A stretch of DNA of 64,000 nucleotides, from contig JBHGNT010000007.1 in NCBI GenBank assembly GCA_043228905.1, positions 12,462,001 through 12,526,000 on the forward strand, read 5' to 3'. The notes under the pieces are model-generated. The model did no database searches, was not told the DNA's origin, and saw only the letters and a list, made by a program, of their open reading frames with translations. Made by a program: the position numbers and the translations under genes. Each line of letters opens with the position of its first letter. The first letter of the stretch is position 1. Positions 13,401 through 25,558 of the stretch are shown one piece after another. The DNA is from Azolla caroliniana (lineage: Eukaryota > Plantae > Polypodiophyta).

Positions 13401-14745
13401 GATGCTTAAACCAAGGGATTTGGTGTCTCTGTTTGTAGTATCTCTAGGAAAGTTCATTAAACACAACTTCATTTATTCATGGCAGGCCCATCAGTTTAAG
13501 ACTTGCATATCTGATTTCCCAAATGATGTAGTAGTCTCAGTAGTAGATTTCGCAGAGAATTATACTTTCAAGCAGCAGAATGAAATTCAATCTATGCATT
13601 GGTGTTCAGTTCAGGTAACCATTTTTGTGCACATAACATATTTTCGAGTTTCAGGTGATGTTAAAAAAGTAATTCATTTCTTTATTTCCGATGATAAGAA
13701 GCATGATACCTTGTTCGTCCAACACTGTTTTAAGTTACATTGGCAGTGGTTATTAGCTCAACGTTTAGAGCTTACTCAACATTGGGTCTGGTCTGACGGA
13801 GCTGCGTCACAATTCAAGGCTCGACGTCCATTTTATTTTGTGGGGAGGTATCCTGCTATAACAGGTTTGGAGATGAGATGGAATTTTTTTGGGTCTGGCC
13901 ATGGTAAAGGTGAACATGATGGTGCAGGGGCTGTTATAAAGCGGGCACTTACCCATGAACAACTAAAGACAGATGGTGTGCACATGAATTGTGCATCACA
14001 TGTAGTTGAATTTTTAAGAACAAATATGTCGACGAGTGCCACAGGTGTTTATTCCTCGCAAGTTCGAGATATCAAACGTGAATTTTGGGAAGTGAAGATA
14101 GATGAAGTAAATAGGGAGAAGACCTGGGAGTGCCAAGGAATTCCCGAATTGCGATCTCTGCATGCTGTTCGCGGTTATTCCAGGTTGGATGGTCATTGTA
14201 TTGCGGTTAGAGAATTGACTTGTTTTTGCTTCCATTGTGTGCAGGGAAATTGGAGATATTGTCTAAACAAAGCATACATTCAGAATTGGGAGTATCACAC
14301 TCTGAATGATAAGGAAGCAGTTGATGGAGAAACAGGGCAGAATGCTGACTTCACATATGAGGGACTTGGAGATACTTTGAGTGATGTCCTGAACGTTGGG
14401 GATAACTTCGTTGTAAATGCTGAAGAAGGCAATTCAGAGGGTGCTGATTTCTATATATTAAAGTGCACGGTTAGTAAACAGTGTGCAAGGCAGAATATTG
14501 TAGATGCATGTTGAAATTTTGTATCTGCCGGGACATTCTACATCGAAGGCATTTTTTATGCAAAACTAGATGACTACGAATATGTGTACAGGCTGTTAGA
14601 AGACAAACCAGCGGCGTATATGTACTCTCATTTGGTCAGATGCATCAACGTCCCAATGTCAGAATACAATAGCTGCTCCGGTTTATACACTGTTGGTGCT
14701 AATGTGTATGAATGTATTTACAATAGTATGCCATGGAATTTGTAG
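10438..14745 (+). CDS. Sola2-type DDD transposase, join(10438-11187, 12904-14745), ~863 aa with one premature TGA at 14512-14514
   Basis: A phase-0 GT-AG intron joins LDVPQ to VDLFIRFKRMHP. Motifs RYTCCCIYH, VVDFAENY..QNEIQSMHW, SDDKKHD, WSDGAASQFK and FFGSGHGKGEHDGAG. The frame stays open for 76 codons after the TGA. Confidence 0.85.
11234..12885. repeat. 20-bp-period array of palindromic GCTAATTAGC filling the transposase intron
   Basis: About 80 units of GCTAATTAGC plus a 10-nt spacer drawn from a small set (TACCATGATA, TACTAGGACA, TACTAGACCA, TACTACGACA). Confidence 0.97.
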
Positions 14746-14927
14746 CTACAAGTAGCACTTACCATGTTCTCTTGTAAAACAAACATGTATTTCGCGAAAA
14801 CAGATCAATAAATTCGTTTGGAATCAATTTCTTGTATACAGTCTGCTTTCTGTGCTTCTTTCTCAATAAAATCATGTCTTTTTTGTTAAGTTTTAAGTTA
14901 TAAGTTATAGCGAAATAGTCATCAGTA

Positions 14928-15035
14928 GCTAATTAGCTGTACAAATGCAGCTAATTAGTTGTACAAATGCAGCTAATTAGCTGTACAAATGCAGCTAATT
15001 AGCTGTACAAATGCAGCTAATTAGCTGTCAATAGC
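14928..15035. repeat. 22-bp repeat GCTAATTAGCTGTACAAATGCA (~4.5 copies) between the convergent genes
   Basis: Directly visible. Confidence 0.9.
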
Positions 15036-15158
15036 TAAATAGTCATCAATAGAATGAAATCAACAATCTGCAACATATTCCTCAAATTACACAGTAGATA
15101 AGTACAGTGGGAACAAGTAATTAAATTCTTCATTGAATAATGTCATCTCTTTACATAT

Positions 15159-16292
15159 TTATAAATTACCATTGGAAATGTCTACAAATCTCCTATAAAC
15201 AGCTAAGCTCTTGCTAGTCAGTGGAACGAGTCTACATATATTATCCGCATATTGAGCTCGGTATGGAGTCCACAACCATGCACCTAGTTGGCAGCTCACT
15301 GTTTGCACCAGGTACTATTCAGGCATTTCCTCGGGTAGAATGAGACAGCATCTCCGAATATTGAAGTAGTGTCGGAAATGTTCTGTATCCAAAATCAATG
15401 TATTGTCGGCATTATATTCAGGCCAAGTAGCCCAAAAATCAGAAAGTCTCTTGAATCTTGCAGCTTCCATCTGCTCACAATTTTCTCGTGCCCATTGACC
15501 TTTAAAACGACTTCGCCATTTTGGGAATAATCTTGCCAAACACTTCCACACATCTGATTTTGGTTTTTCACTCCAAATAAACAAATCAAAGTATTCCACA
15601 GCCCACTCTAGAAACTGATTTGCGTCCCTCCTTGGCTGCATATATCTCACACTCATCAAGACTTTATCGAGCTCCAAGATCAAGGCTCTTCTTTCGACTT
15701 CTAGTGGTTTAGGTTTCCATTCCTGAAACTGAGCCGCTGTTACACCATTTTCTGGTAGGATACGATCAATCTCAATCAGCTCAGGTTCGGCTGACACAAC
15801 TGGTGTCCTTTTCCTCTTTAAACCCCTAGTCGACTGTGTTGGGCCTAGCTTCACATTCTGGTGCTCTTGTTTTGTCGACTTAGTTATCAATCCTTGGATT
15901 ACCTCAGTGCATGTAGCTACTGTTCTGCTCGATATCAGTCCACTGGTATCACATGCTGCATCTACCTGCAACACCAAGTCATCCGTGCTACATGCTACAT
16001 CTACCTGCAACACCAAGTCATCCGTGCTACATGCTGCATCTACCTGCAACACCAAGTCATCCGTGCTACATGCTTGATCAACTTGTGTGACCAGATCACT
16101 TGTGTCAGTTGCTACATCTACTTTCAAGATGGGGCCCTTTAAACATGCCGCAACATCAACAGTATCCACACTGCCATTGGCCTTACGAGCAATAGAATCA
16201 AACCCTTTAGACTCTGCAACATCAGAAAACACCAACATATTCACACTCACAAAGTAACTAATAGTCTCACAAAACAATATCCTGAACATCAA
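15159..16292 (-). CDS. FCP1/SCP (NIF, HAD-family) phosphatase-like protein with N-terminal 13-aa repeats; premature TAG at 15315-15317
   Basis: ALILELDKVL...PRRDANQFLEWAVEYFDLFIWSE...WARENC...KRLSDFW...YNADNTLILDTE follows the FCP1-domain motif order. The frame continues 51 codons past the stop. There is a candidate acceptor at 16214; the 5' exon is unresolved. Confidence 0.65.
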
Positions 16293-16462
16293 AGAGTTTC
16301 AGTCATAGAACAACACTCTTCAAATTATCTTGGAAAAACATCATAGAGTTCCATTACATAATGTGGATCAAGCAACAACCAATCTGAGGTTTTACTTGTC
16401 CAACAGGATAGTAAAACTTCATAAAACCCTAGCAAAATCCCTAAGCTAACAATCATATCCAA

Positions 16463-19400
16463 CTAAACAGTATTTCGCTCCACTACGTCTGGGCCCCTTG
16501 ACCGAGTAACTGGTCTTGTTCCCGATCGTGGCCCCTTCTTCAGCCTTTTTCTGGTTGGTTCCCCATTTAGCCTTGCTTCTAGGACCCAATGCGCAAGTGT
16601 GTCCTCCTCCGACAACCTTCCCATCGCCTCAGCAGCTAATTGCACATCAGCCGTTTCTTGAACTAGCTTTTCAAGTACAGAGGGATCTGTTTGGACATTT
16701 TCAGTAGTTGGGCTCGGTGGGGTGGAATCAAGGTCTTGAGACTCGAAGAAATGTTGCATCAAGTGTTCATAAACACTGTTGTTGTGAACCTCAGTTTTAC
16801 ATGTTGTTTCCACTATTTCATGGCATTTCACATCGTTGCCTAATTCAGTACACTGTTCCAAAAGAATAGGGTGCAGCTGATCTGAAGGAGATGTGATAGC
16901 AGGACTCTTACTTTCAGCCACATTGGCAGTAGTATCCTCATCTGTTGCAGCATCATCAGCACCAGACACATCATGTGCCGTCCTTAATCCACAAGATTCT
17001 ACAATAACATGACAGTTATTTAGGATAGCTAATTAGCTACTTTACTAAACTATGGTAGAAGCTAGGATAGCTAATTAGCTAGTACGATAACTAATTAGCT
17101 AGTATGATAGCTAATTAGGTACTTTACTCAACTATGGTAGTAGTTAGGATAGCTAATTAGGTACTTTACTCAACTATGGTAGTAGTTAGGATAGCTTATT
17201 AGCTACTAGGACAGCTAATTAGCTGCCAGTAGCTAATTAGCTACTAGGACAGCTAATTAGCTGCCAGTAGCTAATTAGCTACTAGGATAGCTTATTAGCT
17301 ACTTTACACAACTATGGCAGTAGCTACTAGGATAGCTAATTCACTAGTAGGATAGCTAATTAGTTGCCAGCAGCTAATTAGCTAGTAGGATAGCTAATTA
17401 GCTACTAGGATAGCTAATTAGTTGCCAGTAGCTAATTAGCTAGTAGGATAGCTAATTAGGTACTTTACTCAACTATGGTAGTAGCTAATTAGCTAGTAGG
17501 ATAGCTAATTAGCTACTAGGATAGCTAATTAGCTGCTGCTAGTAGCTAATTAGCTACTAGGATAGCTAATTAGCTGCTAGTAGCTAATTAGCTACTATTA
17601 TAGCTAATTAGCTACTAGGATAGCTAATTAGCTGCTAGTAGCAGCTACTAGGATAGCTTATTAGCTACTTTACACAACTATGGCAGTAGCTAATTAGTTA
17701 CTAGGATAGCTAATTAGTTGCCAGTGGCTAATTAGCTAGTAGGATACCTAATTAGCTTTTTTACACAACTATAGTACTAGCTAATTAGCTAGTACCATAG
17801 CTAATTACCTACTAGGATAGCTAATTAGCTAGTAGGATAGCTTATTAGCTACTTTACACAACTATAGTAGTAGCTAGGATAGCTAATTAGCTACTATGGT
17901 AGCTAATTAGCTACTATGGTAGCTAATTAGCTACTTTACTCAACTATGGTAGTAGCTAGGATAGCTAATTAGCTACTTTACTAACTATGGTAGTAGCTAG
18001 GATAGCTAATTAGCTACTTTACTAACTATGGTGGTAGCTAATTACCTACTAGGATAGCTAATTAGCTAGTAGGATAGCTTATTAGCTACTTTACACAACT
18101 ATAGTAGTAGCTAGGATAGCTAATTAGCTACTATGGTAGCTAATTAGCTACTTTACTCAACTATGGTAGTAGCTAGGATAGCTAATTAGCTACTTTACTA
18201 ACTATGGTAGTAGCTAGGATAGCTAATTAGCTACTTTACTAACTATGGTGGTAGCTAGGATAGCTAATTAGCTACAATGAAAGCTAATTAGCTACTTTCT
18301 CAACTATGTAGTAGCTAGGATAGCTTATTAGCTACTAGGACAGCTAATTAGCTGCCAGTAGCTAATTAGCTACTAGGATAGCTTATTAGCTACTTTACAC
18401 AACTATGTCAGTAGCTAATTAGCTACTATGATAGCTAATTAGCTAGTAGGATAGCTAATTAGCTAGTAGGATAGCTAATTAGTTGCCAGTAGCTAATTAG
18501 CTAGTAGGATAGCTAATTAGCTTTTTTACACAACTATGGTACTAGCTAATTAGCTAGTACCATAGCTAACTAGCTACTAGGATAGCTTATTAGCTACTTT
18601 ACACAACTATGGCAGTAGCTAATTAGTTACTAGGATAGCTAATTAGTTGCCAGTGGCTAATTAGCTAGTAGGATAGCTATTTAGCTTTTTTACACAACTA
18701 TGGTACTAGCTAATTAGCTAGTACCATAGCTAATTAGCTACTAGGATAGCTAATTAGCTAGTAGCTCATTAGCTGCCAGTAGCTAATTAGCTAGTAGGAT
18801 AGCTAATTAGAAAAGACTAAGCTTATTAGCTACAGTATGGTATACCTGTTTGTTTTCTCCACTCATTTGGTAGAGTTGTACTGCAATCTCCCAAACAGAA
18901 TGCAGCAATTCGACAGGCATGTTGAAAACAAAGCAGATGGTATGTGTGGTTGCATGGTTGTAGGTGAACCAACAAAGACGCAGTTTTGTCCTCCACACCT
19001 AACCCGCAAGCGATGCAACGTGCTTGAACTGTCAATAAATCATTTTCTGGTTCTACTTCATTTGGTAAGGGAGCAAGAATGTTCAGGTCCAAATCCTGTC
19101 TGGTCCTTACCATTCCCTCCACAAAATGTAGCTTCTTCTTAAGGCAGCTAACTACCTGTTCTTGATGAATGTATTGTTCCTTCAACGCAACAGAGAAATT
19201 TACCGATTAATTATTCTTGTTGTTGAAAGATACACCAACTTTGCTCAGGAATCGTTAACTTACTTGAAGCTTATCCAAATTGTAATCTGCAACAGTATTT
19301 ACACCTAGAAGGTCCAGGTTCATTGAAAGAACCTGGATCTCTATTTGCAGTTCTATTTTACGCTAGGGATCCAGTGGCCCCTCTAATTCAAGCTCCTGTT

Positions 19401-20752
19401 GCGCAACCTATTCCAGATAATGCTTGATTAGCACATTTTACCTGTTATTTATAACACAATCACATACCAGCAAAACAATAGTTACCTGAATCTTATTTCT
19501 AATTGTTGTAACAGCAGAAGTAACTTTGCTCTCCATTGCAGAAGCCATTGTGGCTTTCTCTAAATCAGTCTTAAAAAATGCCAATGTCTCACAGGCTTCA
19601 TGGACATTTTTTAGCATATAGCTAACCAATGTCTCACCTGTATCATCGACATTGGCTTTCCTTGGGTGTCGGTGTGGTGTATGCCCCCGGTCTTGCTGGG
19701 AGTCGGCAGTTGCATCAACAGCTGCCATGCTCCAAAATCTGTCTATTTTTTGTGCCAAGGTCCCCATCTTTCGGCATCTTTTTACCGATGCCTCACCATA
19801 GACTGCCCAAGCTACCCTATACATTTCAGGGTCTCTAGATTCCTTCGCTGTTTTGCAGTACTCATATGCAAATGCTCTAGCAAATGAAACTGACAACTCA
19901 TTGTTGACTGGGATCTCCTGATGAACTTTCTGGTGCAGTCTCATGCAGTCATCGTACAAGTCGGCTCGTACATGCTTCAGCTTGACCTTGCCTTTGACTC
20001 TAGGCACTGTATATACTGTCATCCAGTCTATATCACTGATCAATTTATCACTTAGGACAGCAGGGTCAACACCCTCGAGTGACAGACCATAGGTGTTGTG
20101 GAAGTCCTCCTTTGTCTCGCAAAATTTTGCGAAGTTTAGCACTCTCGTATACGGAGGAACGAGCCATCTGAAATATCATTTCAGAAATCAGAAATAGTGC
20201 AAAATCAGAATATGTGAGAATCAAAAACCCCAATCAACAACAACAAAAATGGTGCAAAATCTTTAACTTAGCAAATCAGAAACCCTAATCATAATTTGTA
20301 TTCAGAAATTTGAAATCAGAAACCCTAATCAAAATCTGTAATCAGAAGTTTGAAATCAGAAACCCTAATCAAAATCTGTAATCAGAAGTTTGTAACCAGA
20401 AACCTTATTCAGAAATTCTAATCAGAAATTTATAATCAAAAACCCTAATCAGAAATTTCAATCACAAACCCTAATAAAAAATTTCAATCACAAACCCTAA
20501 TCAGAAATCCTAAGCAGAAATTTATAAACAAAAACCCTATTCAGAAATTCTAATTTGTAATCAAAATTTGTAACCAGAAACCCTATTCAGAAATTCTAAT
20601 CAGAAATTTATAATCAAAAACCCTAATCAGAAATTTCAATCACAAACCCTAATCAGAAATTTCAATCACAAACCCTAATCACTAAAGACAGGATTAAACA
20701 CAAAAAAAGTAATATAAACACACCTGTTGCTACTCCCCGATTTGCGAGACAT
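16463..20752 (-). CDS. Five-exon accessory gene (unknown N-domain, coiled coil, RING-H2, acidic/basic tail): join(20752-20724, 20167-19486, 19407-19264, 19179-18846, 16998-16463), ~574 aa, one internal TAG at 19363-19365
   Basis: All four introns are GT-AG and phase-compatible, joining ORFs 19438-20142, 18826-19185 and 16463-16969. RING pattern CIAC..PCNHTYHLLC..CLGDC; NLS-like RKRLKK. Confidence 0.7.
17021..18832. repeat. Second GCTAATTAGC array filling intron 4 of the minus-strand accessory gene
   Basis: Many TAGCTAATTAGCTA units with 17-40-nt spacing, bounded by a donor at 18845 and an acceptor at 16999. Confidence 0.97.
20276..20681. repeat. Telo-box (AAACCCTAAT)-rich repeat in intron 1 of the accessory gene
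   Basis: About a dozen AAACCCT(A/T) copies embedded in AATCAGAAATTT units. Confidence 0.85.
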
Positions 20753-23454
20753 CCTTGTATGGGACTCCAAGGACTTCGCCCTATTCGATTTTGGGGAAAT
20801 ATGAATCGGCACCAAAGTTCAGACAGTAGTCAAAAAGAAAAAACAAATGTTTGGGGTTTCTGTAACTGAAACATACCTGGACGATGATCGAGCGGGTTCT
20901 GTGTTGTAGCTCTCAATCTGCAATGTCGATTTTTTGCTGTTGCGGGAGCTACGTCTGCGTTCGTGCTCTGAGTACTCCATCTGCGTTCAAAATCAGACTT
21001 AGGCTAAACAGGAAATTGATGACATTGAAGTCGACCTTAGATGATGGTGATATTCCCCAAGTTCCACTACGTCTGAAACAGAAGTTCAAATATTTGAGTT
21101 TTTTCATAAATTAGTTTTTCAAATATTTGATTTTCCCACAAGAAAGACTAGCTAAACAAATAGCTAATTAGCTATGGCCATTTTAGTAGCTAATTAGCTA
21201 TAATAGTGTTTCCACTCGCATGCTTTTACCCGTTACCTCAGGATGAGGAACGCCAATTTCGTCAGGCTTGAACTCGTGGTATTCCGCGGTGGAGTGCAAT
21301 ATGCGAATCCACTACCCAATCTGCCACTCGAAGGTTCACACAGTCGATCAATGCAAGTACAATATGTTAAATAGAGCCACGCCCGCGGTCCGCAGCATGG
21401 ACACACAGCGGCAACCACATCGGGTGGAACAAAGGAGGCAAGAAGACCGACCCCGGTATAAGGATCACAACCCGCGGGAGGACAGGTACAACCGGAATCG
21501 CCGGAATCACAACGAATCCGAGGAGGAGGACCGGGAGGACGAGGATTATCGTGGACATCCGAGTTACGCCAAAGGAGGTTGGCGATACGAACATCAACGC
21601 CCGATGAATAAACGAGGCGGCTTCAATGGCTATCGAGGTAAGCCTCGACAATATAGGGATCACCGGCATTACAACGAAAGCTCGGGGGATGAGTGGCACC
21701 AGGAACAACGACGGGATCAACAGCAGCCACCGCGTACGTCCCGACAAACGAGGCCGGACCGCGAAGAGCAAGTAGCACCAGGAGAACGGCACACTCCACC
21801 TGGGGCTGAGAAGGGAGAATCAAGCATCCACTGTTTTATTTGTCAGCAACCCAGACATTATGCCACACAATGCCCAACACGCAAGGGAAAGGGGCCCGCC
21901 ATCAACACGATTACGACGGAGGTGCAACAAGTCACGACACGCCAGCAAACGAAAACGACGGATTGGGCTACGCAGGACGAGGTACAACGACAAACCCAAG
22001 CCTGGGTGGAAAAAGCAAACACGACCAATACGGAACGTATGAGGCAGGAGTCCGCGAATGCAATGAAGCGAACAGAGAACGAAAAACCAAGGCCAAACCC
22101 CATTTGGCAAGTGTTAACGGGCTGTGAGATCACGCTAACCATGGAAAAACTGCTACAGCTAGTTCCACGCTTCCGCCAGACCATGGAAGCACAGGTGGCG
22201 GGCATGACCGGGGCGAGCGTTGCCACAAACCTAACTGACGTCAGCGAGGGACCACCAGTGGTAGATCAGCACAACCCGGCCATTGCAGTAATACTGCACG
22301 GACAGGAAGTCCCTGGATGTGTAATCAATGGCGGCTCAGGCGTCAATGTGATTAGCGCGAAAACTTGCGAACAATTGGGCATTTCCGAATGGGAGGCGTG
22401 TCCATTCTGGCTTTGCATGGCAAATACCAGATCAGTGTGGCCGTTGGGGCTAATTCGCAAAATAGGCATCATCATGGGCGGACACCGCTTCGACATATCG
22501 ACAGTCGTCCTCGCTTTGGACGTGCCAGGAGCGTACCCAGTGCTTCTGGGCAGACCATGGCTTCGGACAGCAAATATCAAGCAGATCTGGCAACATGAGT
22601 GTATCAGTTTCTTGCAAGGACGCATCAAGGTTCGTGTTCCTACGGAAGGCAACATGCCCCAACCTAAGGGGATAACACCGTTATATGCGGAAGACATCAA
22701 TATGTTGGCTGGGGTGGAGGATGCCGAATTGGAAGCGTACCTTGACGAACATCCTCGGATTATTCCGTTGTTCGAGATAGATTTCATCGCAACTGCGGCA
22801 GAATATACTACGGCCATTGTTTCGAGCGAAGAGTCATACGAACCAAACCCAGAATCCATATTGGAACTCAGCAGAGCACGGGCGGCCTTCGAAAGGGAAA
22901 TGGAGATTTCACGACGGGTCACCGCTTCCGCTCTCGACGAAGTGAATGTGGGTACGAGATCGGAACCCCGGTTCCTCTCCATAGCAAAGGAATTGAGGCC
23001 GGACCAGAGAACCACAATGATCGCACTATTCACGGAATATAAAGATGTGTTCGCGTGGGCTCATGAGGACATGAAGGGGTTAGATCCCAAGTTCTATCAG
23101 CATAAGATCAATTTAGCAACGGACGCGAAACCTATCCAGCAGCGTCGCTATCGCATGAACCCCAATTACGCGACCCGCGTGAAAGAAGAAATTGACAAGC
23201 TGTTGAGGGCTGGGTTCATACGGCCAGTAAAACAAGCGACATGGCTTAGCTCGATAGTGGTTGTGCCAAAGAAAAACGGCAAAATATGGGTATGCGTGGA
23301 TTACCGGAAATTAAACGTCGTAACCATTACGGACGCATTTCCCTTACCCTTCACGGATAGCATGTTGGACGCCGTCGCAAGTCATGAGATGTACAGTTTC
23401 TTAGATGGCTTCAGCGGCTATAACCAAGTACGCATGCACCCCGACGACCAGGAA

Positions 23455-23717
23455 AAGACAGCATTTGTCACAGACTGGGGAGTATATGTGGCGGTCGTCA
23501 TGATGTTCGGGTTAAAGACAGCACCGGCAACATTCGAACGAACGATTACGGAGATCTTTGGGGAATACATTCCGGCGTTCATGCAAGACAGCATTTGTCA
23601 CAGACTGGGGAGTATATGTGGCGGTCGTCATGATGTTCGGGTTAAAGACAGCACTGGCAACATTCGAACGAACGATTACGGAGATCTTTGGGGAATACAT
23701 TCCAGCGTTCATGCAAG
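23455..23717 (+). repeat. 130-bp tandem duplication inside the RT of B
   Basis: Identical text at 23471 and 23601; it causes a frameshift. Confidence 0.9.
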
Positions 23718-25558
23718 TCTTTTTAGACGATTTTGCGGTATATGGGCAAACAAAAGACCATTTCTCGCACTTACGTCTCTGCCTGGAACGTTGCTGCACC
23801 GCATGCTTAAGCCTGAATCCCGCGAAATGTGCCTTCGGCGTGACCAGCGGGACTCTCCTAGGCCACATAGACAGCAAGGAAGGAATAGCGGTCGACCCAA
23901 ACAAGATCTCCGCTATTACGCAAGCTAAAACTCTGACAAATGCCAAAGCACTTAGCCGGTTTTTAGGCCAAATACGGTGGCATAGTCGGATGATACGGTA
24001 TTTGGCGGACTTCGCCACGCCACTACACGCTGCCATACATCGGACTCCTTTCCAATGGACTGCAACAGAGGATAAGGCCTATGAGGCACTTAAGATAATG
24101 CTCACACAGGCCCCCATAGTACAACCTCCAGTTTGGGCGAAACCATTTCACGTGTTCGTCGACGCCTCGGACACAGCAATAGGAAGCGCACTAATGCAAC
24201 TCACCGAACCAAACTGGTACAGGCCAGTATACTACACAAGTTGTAAATTATCAGCAGCAGAGCGTAACTATTCCACAACAGAGCGGGAGGCGCTAGGGAT
24301 GATCTATAACATCAAAAAATTCTGACATTATTTACTAGGATGGAATTTCACGTTCCACGTGGATCATTCGGCATTATTGTATTTGGTAGAGAAACAAGCC
24401 CTGACAGGGAAATTGGCGCAGTGGATGTTGCTGCTCCAGGAATTCGAGTTCGTAATTCAACACCGGCCAGGGACGCAACACCCAGTGGCGGATTTTTTGA
24501 GCAGACTTGAGAATGGAGAAACAGTACAGAAAGACGACGATGATTTTCCGGACGCCGACATCTGGCGAGTAATGACATTTGCAGAAAAAACGGAATCCAC
24601 CTTTCCGGATCGATGGCTTATGGAAATGACGTACTTTTTGAATACAAGACTACCTCCACCACAATTACGCACAGACGAGAAGAAACGACTAGCCGTCCGA
24701 AGCCGTCACTTCTGCCTGGTCAAAGGGTATTTATATCACAAAGGAAGTGACGGCATTTGGCGACGTGGAGTCCGTCAGGATGAAAAAGAAGCAGTTTTAC
24801 GGGAGGCACACTGCGGCACGGCCGGAGGCCATTACGTAGGCAACATGGCAGCTCGCAATGTATGGCAGGCGGGCTTATGGTGGCCAAAAATGCAGAAGGA
24901 CGCATCCGAGTATTGTAGAAAGTGTGATTTGTGCCAGCGGATGGGTCAGCCCGCGGAGGACACAAGGATGCCACACCAGCCCGTATTACCATTGGACCCC
25001 TTCCAAAAGTGGGGATTGGATTTTGTGGGGCCCTTCACACCAGCAGCAACCCATATGGGCAACAAATACATATTGGTAGCTGTTAAGAGTCTATTACTAA
25101 TCAATAGACCAAATCAAGTAAAAAGGAAGAAAATAGATTGGATAGAAGAACCCGTTCCACCCGACCACCCCCGAGCTATGATCTAGACATAGCCAACCTA
25201 CCACCGACGTCCCATACCGCCGGATATTAGGATGACTAATACCTTGGAAGAGATAAACACGATCGTCGAGACGAAAGCCTAGCCCGCACCACCGGTGTCT
25301 ACGACAGCAGCCTTCCGACGTGGTCCTTATGAGGGTAGCTAAGCCTCATATTTATACCTTTTCCTAGGCCCCTTGAATAGATGTGCCTTTCTAAAAGGCT
25401 CTCTATTCATTGGTTGTCTAAATCATGATAGTGCATGCACATATCATTCATTCTATCCAATCATTAGTCCCCTTTTTAATAATAGTGAACATACCCTTCA
25501 CTAATGTAAATATTAGTGACCTACCCTCACCAACGTTATGTGTACATAACATACTCCC

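Larger units (their letters stand above)
9015..21231 (+). mobile_element. Sola2-like cut-and-paste DNA transposon, 12.2 kb, with accessory genes
   Basis: 25-bp TIRs GGGT(G/A)AAAGCATGCGAGTGGAAACA at 9015-9039 and 21207-21231 (1 mismatch), 4-bp TSD GTTA (9011-9014 / 21232-21235), and a DDD transposase. GRG termini with a 4-bp TSD fit Sola2. Confidence 0.9.

Noticed and set aside
9015-21231. CACTA, Mutator, hAT, Zator or Harbinger classification
   Set aside because: GGG termini, a 4-bp TSD and DFAENY/SDG/HGKG..DG motifs do not fit those superfamilies (TSDs of 2-3, 9-11, 8, 3 and 3 bp).
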